Positions 36,686-47,660 of a DNA stretch of 47,660 nt are shown in pieces. A program made the translations under genes and the position numbers. The notes below the pieces were generated by a model, which was given only the letters and a program-made list of their open reading frames with translations, was not told where the DNA came from and did not search any database. Position 1 is the first letter of the stretch. Every line of letters begins with the position of its first letter. Origin of the DNA: Eledone cirrhosa (Eukaryota); contig CAXHJY010000914.1 in NCBI GenBank assembly GCA_964016885.1, positions 1 through 47,660 of the forward strand. Direction: 5' to 3'.

Positions 36686-39600
36686 TTAGAGATGCCTACT
36701 GGCAAGGCGGGTCTTCTCTGTTACTGAGTACCGCCAAAGATCTCGGTCCAGTGACATTGTCTTGGAGAGGTGTAAGTGTGTGAGGTCGGAGTTTATCAGC
36801 TCATCCCATGTTTTTCTAGGTCTGCCTATTCCGTGGCTACCGTTTATCTTTATTGCCCTGCACTTTGTTATACAGCTATCGACTTTCATGCGCATCACGT
36901 GTCCATACCAACGCAGCCTTCTCTCGAGTAAACAACATCTGATCCCTCTTATCTCTAATTTTTTCCTTAGTTCGTTTATGCTTTGCCGTTCACGTATATT
37001 ACTGTTACACATCCAGCGGAGCATGCAAGCTTCGTTCCTCTCTAGTCTGCGTATATCCTCTGCACACAATGCCCAGGTCTCACTACCATGCAACATTGCT
37101 GTTCGTATGCAGGCATCGTACAACCTGCCTTTCATTTTTAGGGAGAACCCTTTAGCAGCTAATAGTGGTATAAGCTCTCTGAACTTTTTCCAACCAGTTC
37201 TGACTCTAGCTACAGTACTTTCAGAGCACCCTCCCCCACTGCTGATTTTATCGCCCAGGTAACGGAAGCTGTCCACTATTTCTATAGAACCCTCTGCGCA
37301 ATTGAAAGAGCTAGTATTTTGTGGGCACTTGCTGCTACTTATTGCACCAGAACACCGGCCACATGTAAAATCTATGTTCTTAGTTAGCTTACCTGTGATC
37401 CCACTACATCTTTTATGCACCCATACTTTGCATTTAGGACATAAAATGGAGTTTCTACCTACGCCTTTCCTACACACCGAGCACGACCATTTCCCAGAAG
37501 GGACCGCCGCCTTGTTTTCTTTCCTACAAACTAGAACTTTGGTCTTAGCCAGGTTAATTTTAAGTCCTTTTGACTCTAGGCCGTGCTTCCATGTTTGGAA
37601 TTTCTTCTCTAGCTCGGCCATTGATTCCGCTATGAGTGTCAGGTCGTCTGCGTATAGGAGTTCCCATGGGCAGCCTGTCTTGAACTCCTCTGTTATAGCC
37701 TGAAGGGCAATAATAAATAGTAGGGGGCTGAGAACAGAGCCCTGATGGACGCCAACTTTTACGCTAAACTCTTCACTATATTCGTTGTTAATTCTAACCT
37801 TGCTGACTGTTTCTTTATACATGGCTTGTATAGCCCTCACAAGCCATTCGTCAACGCCTAGTTTTCTAAGAGCCCACCAGATAATGGAGCGGGGGACTCT
37901 GTCGAAGGCTTATTCCAGGTCGACAAAAGCTAAGTAGAGGGGTCTACCTTTAGCTAGGTACTTCTCCTGTAGTTGTCGTACTATGAAAAGGGCTTCTGTG
38001 GTGCTTTTGCCTGACACAAACCCGAACTGCATTTCATCTAGGTCAATTCTCTCTCTGATTAGTTGCGCTATTACTTTTTCCGTGACCTTCATGACCTGGT
38101 CGATTAATTTAATGCCTCTATAGTTACTCCTATCTAGGGCGACTCCTTTACCCTTATAACAGTTAACGATGATGCTGCTATGCCAGTCCTTCGGAACAAC
38201 CCCGTTCTGTACGACTTGGTTAACTATGCGGGTGACCATGGTGTGTCCCACCGTGCCAGATGCCTTCAGCATCTCAGCAACTATTTCCGAAGGCCCAGCC
38301 GCCTTACCCGTCTTCATATCCTTGATTGCCTTACTTATTATACTCCCCTCGACTAACACTGCTGGTCCCTCTATCGGGTCGATATGGGGGAGACTGTCTT
38401 TCTCCCATTTATTCTCCTCATTTAGTAGCCTTTCATAGTGACACTTCCAAGCTACCTTCTTATCAGTGTCGGTGATGGCAAGTATGCCATCATCGTTAAG
38501 TACACACTTCTCCCCGACAATATCACGGTTTTCCTTGACGCATTGCCTGGCAATCCTGAACACCTCACGTTTTTGGTCATCACGTTGTAGAACATGCTTG
38601 AACTTTCTTTCCTCAGCTTCCCTTCTTGCTAAGTACACTTCTCTCCTAGCTTCCCTCCTGGCCACTTGATAGTCTACTCTACTTCCCCCATCCCGCCATA
38701 CTTTCCAAGCCTGCTTTTTGGCCTTAATTGACCCCTCCACCCTACTGTTCCACCACCAAGTTACTCTCCTCCTGCCTACAGGCCTGCTCCAGCCACAGAC
38801 TTCGACTGTCGCCAACAGCAGGTTTGCTTTCAGAAATTCCCACTGTCCCTCTATATTGTCCGATTCTAGATGCTCTTCCTTACTGTCGAAAGCATCAAGT
38901 AATATGCTTTGAAATTTATTTCTGGCTGTGGGGTCCTTTAGTTTCCATATTTTCCTCCTGAGGATAGTCCTCTTCTGCTGTCGAGTACGTCTCGTCCTGA
39001 CTATGAGGTCGCTAATTATCAGTCTATGTTGGGAGGTGCATTCTTCATGGGGGAGGGATTTAGTGTTTACAACAGACACTCTGTCACGTCTTCTGGTAAG
39101 GATATAATCTACCTGGCTTGTGTGTTCCCCTGATCTATAGGTGATCAGGTGATTGTCACGTTTTTTGAAGTTAGTGTTACAGATAGTTAGGTTATTTGCA
39201 TCACAGAATTCCAGGATTCTGGAGCCTTCCTCATTTCTAGTACCAAACCCATAGCCTCCATGGATTTCGTCGTAGCCGTCACAATGTTGTCCAACGTGAC
39301 CATTTAGGTCGCCTGCAATAATTATATAGTCACTGTCAGATATTTGGGAGGTAGTTAGCAACAGTGTCTCATAGAATCTGTCTTTTATAGTGCCGGGCAG
39401 TCCGGATTGGGGTTCGTACGCAGATATTACTGTCACCGTAGTTTTATTGAGGACAAGTCTTATTTTAATTATTCTGTCGTTCACTCTATTTACGTCTATT
39501 ATCTTATCTGCCCACTTTTCTGCTACCATGATTCCTACTCCACCCAGCCCATCGTCGTTTCCCACCCAGAAAAGCTTATAACATCGTTTTTTACCCTCAA

Positions 39601-39934
39601 TGAATCTAGCAGACCCACCCCTCCACCTGGTCTCTTGAATACAACAAACATCGACCTCCTTACGTTCAAGCATTTCTACAACCTCGTTAGCGCGACCCTT
39701 TAGGGTGCCCACATTTATGGTACCTACTCTGAAGTTTTGGGTTGCGTTTGGGGGTTGGGGGCGGTGAGGGGCGGGGGGCGATGGGGTCATGTTAGCCGTC
39801 CGCGGTCGAAACAATGAGGAGTGCTCGCATTCTCGTCCAAGAGGTGAATTTGTCTTTATCTTTGGCATTGTCGCTGAGCGTCCAGATTTTTCTCTCTCTC
39901 TCCTCCACTCTCCAGGATTCCACAGTCCATCCAT
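36686..39934 (-). pseudogene. RTE ORF (APE endonuclease plus RT) with one in-frame nonsense codon at 37910-37912
   Basis: GTINVGTL, CCIQETRW, GDLNGHVG, SQVDYIL, SQHRL, then RT motifs. Reads DLE*AFD where the other copy has DLEKAFD. Confidence 0.93.
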
Positions 39935-39977
39935 CCATCATATATCGAAAGGCAACCAGGCAAGCGATAGTATAGGC

Positions 39978-40074
39978 CTCTGGCTTCTGATTGGTCCGCG
40001 TAATAATACTGGTGATGCGTGGGGGCTCTGGCTTATGATTGGTCCACGTAATAGCAATGGTGGTGCGTGGGGGC
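39978..40074 (-). promoter_or_regulatory. 48-bp direct repeat x2 with CCAAT boxes in the RTE 5'UTR
   Basis: Minus strand GGACCAATCA in each copy; promoter role is inferred. Confidence 0.4.
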
Positions 40075-40098
40075 GGGAGGGAGGGGTGTTGGGTAGCT

Positions 40099-40450
40099 AG
40101 ATAGGAGGTAATGATTGAATGGGGTCCTTGCACATTTAACAATCGATTAACAAAAATACAAAATTTGTTCTGTTCAATACGACCAAAAACTTTCGTATCT
40201 TAACAATTAATAAATACAAAAAATGTAGATTGTTTTAGCGATAGATTGGCTATTTGGACTTGATACGAAATATGGATTGTTTTGAAAATACGCTAGAATT
40301 AGGAATTGAGGAGGTAGAGATGAATACGCTAGATTGAGGAATTAGGAATTAGGATTGTGGAGGTAGAGATGAAGGAAAATATGTACATTACGTTACATGA
40401 ATATCGTGGGGTAGACAGCAAAGCAATGAAATTTGGCGAAGTGAATTCCT

Positions 40451-40509
<59 letters not shown>

Positions 40510-41100
40510 GGGTGGGGGGTGGCCGCATGATGGTTGTGTGTGTTAGGCGTTTGACCGCCATGCCTTCGAAGTAGCGGGTGGGGGGGGGGGGGGGCGAGTA
40601 AGCGGGAGTTTCGAAAGAAGGAAGAAGGAAAGGATTTTGTTTTTTGTTTTGAAAATACGCTAGAATTAGGAATTGAGGTTTGAAAATACGCTAGGAATTA
40701 AGGTTTGAAAATACGCTAGATTAAGAATTAAGGAATTTATAAGAAGGAGAAGAGATAGGAGGTAATGATTGAATGGGGTCCTTGCACATTTAACAATCGA
40801 TTAACAAAAATACAAAATTTGTTCTGTTCAATACGACCAAAAACTTTCGTATCTTAACAATTAATAAATACAAAAAATGTAGATTGTTTTAGCGATAGAT
40901 TGGCTATTTGGACTTGATACGAAATATGGATTGTTTTGAAAATACGCTAGAATTAGGAATTGAGGAGGTAGAGATGAATACGCTAGATTGAGGAATTAGG
41001 AATTAGGAGGTAGAGATGAAGGAAAATATGTACATTACGTTACATGAATATCGTGGGGTAGACAGCAAAGCAATGAAATTTGGCGAAGTGAATTCCTATC

Positions 41101-41182
<82 letters not shown>

Positions 41183-42072
41183 GGGGGGTGGCCGCATGAT
41201 GGTTGTGTGTGTTAGGCGTTTGACCGCCATGCCTTCGAAGTAGCGGGTGGGGGGGGGGGGGGGGGGGGGGGGGTCGAGTAAGCGGGAGTTTCGAAAGAAG
41301 GAAGAAGGAAAGGATTTTGTTTTTTGTTTTGAAAATACGCTAGAATTAGGAATTGAGGTTTGAAAATACGCTAGGAATTAAGGTTTGAAAATACGCTAGA
41401 TTAAGAATTAAGGAATTTATAAGAAGGAGAAGAGATAGGAGGTAATGATTGAATGGGGTCCTTGCACATTTAACAATCGATTAACAAAAATACAAAATTT
41501 GTTCTGTTCAATACGACCAAAAACTTTCGTATCTTAACAATTAATAAATACAAAAAATGTAGATTGTTTTAGCGATAGATTGGCTATTTGGACTTGATAC
41601 GAAATATGGATTGTTTTGAAAATACGCTAGAATTAGGAATTGAGGTTTGAAAATACGCTAGGAATTAAGGTTTGAAAATACGCTAGATTAAGAATTAAGG
41701 AATTTATAAGAAGGAGAAGAGATAGGAGGTAATGATTGAATGGGGGTCCTTGCACATTTAACAATCGATTAACAAAAATACAAAATTTGTTCTGTTCAAT
41801 ACGACCAAAAACTTTCGTATCTTAACAATTAATAAATACAAAAAATGTAGATTGTTTTAGCGATAGATTGGCTATTTGGACTTGATACGAAATATGGATT
41901 GTTTTGAAAATACGCTAGAATTAGGAATTGAGGAGGTAGAGATGAATACGCTAGATTGAGGAATTAGGAATTAGGATTGTGGAGGTAGAGATGAAGGAAA
42001 ATATGTACATTACGTTACATGAATATCGTGGGGTAGACAGCAAAGCAATGAAATTTGGCGAAGTGAATTCCT

Positions 42073-42133
<61 letters not shown>

Positions 42134-43014
42134 GGGTGGGGGGTGGCCGCATGATGGTTGTGTGTGTTAGGCGTTTGACCGCCATGCCTTCGAAGTAGCG
42201 GGTGGGGGGGGGGGGGTCGAGTAAGCGGGAGTTTCCGAAAGAAGGAAGAAGGAAAGGATTTTGTTTTTTGTTTTGAAAATACGCTAGAATTAGGAATTGA
42301 GGTTTGAAAATACGCTAGGAATTAAGGTTTGAAAATACGCTAGATTAAGAATTAAGGAATTTATAAGAAGGAGAAGAGATAGGAGGTAATGATTGAATGG
42401 GGTCCTTGCACATTTAACAATCGATTAACAAAAATACAAAATTTGTTCTGTTCAATACGACCAAAAACTTTCGTATCTTAACAATTAATAAATACAAAAA
42501 ATGTAGATTGTTTTAGCGATAGATTGGCTATTTGGACTTGATACGAAATATGGATTGTTTTGAAATACGCTAGAATTAGGAATTGAGGTTTGAAAATACG
42601 CTAGGAATTAAGGTTTGAAAATACGCTAGATTAAGAATTAAGGAATTTATAAGAAGGAGAAGAGATAGGAGGTAATGATTGAATGGGGTCCTTGCACATT
42701 TAACAATCGATTAACAAAAATACAAAATTTGTTCTGTTCAATACGACCAAAAACTTTCGTATCTTAACAATTAATAAATACAAAAAATGTAGATTGTTTT
42801 AGCGATAGATTGGCTATTTGGACTTGATACGAAATATGGATTGTTTTGAAAATACGCTAGAATTAGGAATTGAGGAGGTAGAGATGAATACGCTAGATTG
42901 AGGAATTAGGAATTAGGATTGTGGAGGTAGAGATGAAGGAAAATATGTACATTACGTTACATGAATATCGTGGGGTAGACAGCAAAGCAATGAAATTTGG
43001 CGAAGTGAATTCCT

Positions 43015-43109
<95 letters not shown>

Positions 43110-43693
43110 GGGGGGTGGCCGCATGATGGTTGTGTGTGTTAGGCGTTTGACCGCCATGCCTTCGAAGTAGCGGGTGGGGGGGGGGGTCGAGTAAGCGGGA
43201 GTTTCGAAAGAAGGAAGAAGGAAAGGATTTTGTTTTTTGTTTTGAAAATACGCTAGAATTAGGAATTGAGGTTTGAAAATACGCTAGGAATTAAGGTTTG
43301 AAAATACGCTAGATTAAGAATTAAGGAATTTATAAGAAGGAGAAGAGATAGGAGGTAATGATTGAATGGGGTCCTTGCACATTTAACAATCGATTAACAA
43401 AAATACAAAATTTGTTCTGTTCAATACGACCAAAAACTTTCGTATCTTAACAATTAATAAATACAAAAAATGTAGATTGTTTTAGCGATAGATTGGCTAT
43501 TTGGACTTGATACGAAATATGGATTGTTTTGAAAATACGCTAGAATTAGGAATTGAGGAGGTAGAGATGAATACGCTAGATTGAGGAATTAGGAATTAGG
43601 AGGTAGAGATGAAGGAAAATATGTACATTACGTTACATGAATATCGTGGGGTAGACAGCAAAGCAATGAAATTTGGCGAAGTGAATTCCTATC

Positions 43694-43757
<64 letters not shown>

Positions 43758-44637
43758 GGGGGGTGGCCGCATGATGGTTGTGTGTGTTAGGCGTTTGACC
43801 GCCATGCCTTCGAAGTAGCGGGTGGGGGGGGGGGGTCGAGTAAGCGGGAGTTTCGAAAGAAGGAAGAAGGAAAGGATTTTGTTTTTTGTTTTGAAAATAC
43901 GCTAGAATTAGGAATTGAGGTTTGAAAATACGCTAGGAATTAAGGTTTGAAAATACGCTAGATTAAGAATTAAGGAATTTATAAGAAGGAGAAGAGATAG
44001 GAGGTAATGATTGAATGGGGTCCTTGCACATTTAACAATCGATTAACAAAAATACAAAATTTGTTCTGTTCAATACGACCAAAAACTTTCGTATCTTAAC
44101 AATTAATAAATACAAAAAATGTAGATTGTTTTAGCGATAGATTGGCTATTTGGACTTGATACGAAATATGGATTGTTTTGAAAATACGCTAGAATTAGGA
44201 ATTGAGGTTTGAAAATACGCTAGGAATTAAGGTTTGAAAATACGCTAGATTAAGAATTAAGGAATTTATAAGAAGGAGAAGAGATAGGAGGTAATGATTG
44301 AATGGGGGTCCTTGCACATTTAACAATCGATTAACAAAAATACAAAATTTGTTCTGTTCAATACGACCAAAAACTTTCGTATCTTAACAATTAATAAATA
44401 CAAAAAATGTAGATTGTTTTAGCGATAGATTGGCTATTTGGACTTGATACGAAATATGGATTGTTTTGAAAATACGCTAGAATTAGGAATTGAGGAGGTA
44501 GAGATGAATACGCTAGATTGAGGAATTAGGAATTAGGATTGTGGAGGTAGAGATGAAGGAAAATATGTACATTACGTTACATGAATATCGTGGGGTAGAC
44601 AGCAAAGCAATGAAATTTGGCGAAGTGAATTCCTATC

Positions 44638-44687
<50 letters not shown>

Positions 44688-45288
44688 GGGGGGTGGCCGC
44701 ATGATGGTTGTGTGTGTTAGGCGTTTGACCGCCATGCCTTCGAAGTAGCGGGTGGGGGGGGGGGGTCGAGTAAGCGGGAGTTTCGAAAGAAGGAAGAAGG
44801 AAAGGATTTTGTTTTTTGTTTTGAAAATACGCTAGAATTAGGAATTGAGGTTTGAAATACGCTAGGAATTAAGGTTTGAAAATACGCTAGATTAAGAATT
44901 AAGGAATTTATAAGAAGGAGAAGAGATAGGAGGTAATGATTGAATGGGGTCCTTGCACATTTAACAATCGATTAACAAAAATACAAAATTTGTTCTGTTC
45001 AATACGACCAAAAACTTTCGTATCTTAACAATTAATAAATACAAAAAATGTAGATTGTTTTAGCGATAGATTGGCTATTTGGACTTGATACGAAATATGG
45101 ATTGTTTTGAAAATACGCTAGAATTAGGAATTGAGGAGGTAGAGATGAATACGCTAGATTGAGGAATTAGGAATTAGGATTGTGGAGGTAGAGATGAAGG
45201 AAAATATGTACATTACGTTACATGAATATCGTGGGGTAGACAGCAAAGCAATGAAATTTGGCGAAGTGAATTCCTATCATATATATAC

Positions 45289-45364
<76 letters not shown>

Positions 45365-45865
45365 GGGGGGTGGCCGCATGATGGTTGTGTGTGTTAGGCG
45401 TTTGACCGCCATGCCTTCGAAGTAGCGGGTGGGGGGGGGGGGGGGGTCGAGTAAGCGGGAGTTTCGAAAGAAGGAAGAAGGAAAGGATTTTGTTTTTTGT
45501 TTTGAAAATACGCTAGAATTAGGAATTGAGGTTTGAAAATACGCTAGGAATTAAGGTTTGAAAATACGCTAGATTAAGAATTAAGGAATTTATAAGAAGG
45601 AGAAGAGATAGGAGGTAATGATTGAATGGGGTCCTTGCACATTTAACAATCGATTAACAAAAATACAAAATTTGTTCTGTTCAATACGACCAAAAACTTT
45701 CGTATCTTAACAATTAATAAATACAAAAAATGTAGATTGTTTTAGCGATAGATTGGCTATTTGGACTTGATACGAAATATGGATTGTTTTGAAAATACGC
45801 TAGAATTAGGAATTGAGGAGGTAGAGATGAATACGCTAGAATTAGGAATTGAGGAATTAGGAATT
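40099..45865. repeat. Composite tandem array: ~650-bp long and ~287-bp short units (10 units plus a partial)
   Basis: AGATAGGAGGTAATG starts at 40099, 40753, 41433, 41720, 42377, 42663, 43346, 43995, 44282, 44924 and 45606. Confidence 0.95.

Positions 45866-47660
<1,795 letters not shown>

Larger units (their letters stand above)
36356..40098 (-). mobile_element. Near-full-length RTE-clade LINE
   Basis: 5'UTR, APE endonuclease, RT, 3'UTR and (TGA)n tail. Confidence 0.94.

Noticed and set aside
40099-45865. CRISPR-like repeat/spacer appearance
   Set aside because: Units are hundreds of bp, the intervening parts are not unique, there are no cas genes, and the context is eukaryotic.

Overview
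Eukaryotic (animal, probably mollusc/cephalopod-like; the taxon is inferred) repeat-dense DNA with no host gene. About half the window is irregular (TA)nTG/TATG microsatellite, with G interruptions almost all on the + strand. The rest is retroelements sitting inside these arrays: (i) four copies of a short non-autonomous RTE-derived element within a ~6.2 kb tandem duplication; (ii) four Penelope-like (PLE) insertions built as outward-facing inverted arms, each arm carrying a minimal type I hammerhead ribozyme motif (8 in total), plus a similar 85-bp-arm element without a ribozyme and an internal PLE fragment; (iii) a 5'-truncated CR1-clade LINE; (iv) two RTE-clade LINEs with a PHD-type zinc finger inside the RT. 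One RTE is near full length and is joined at its 5' end to a 5.8 kb composite tandem array. All long MYIY/IHTY ORFs are microsatellite artefacts. Coordinates and base pairings were read by eye.
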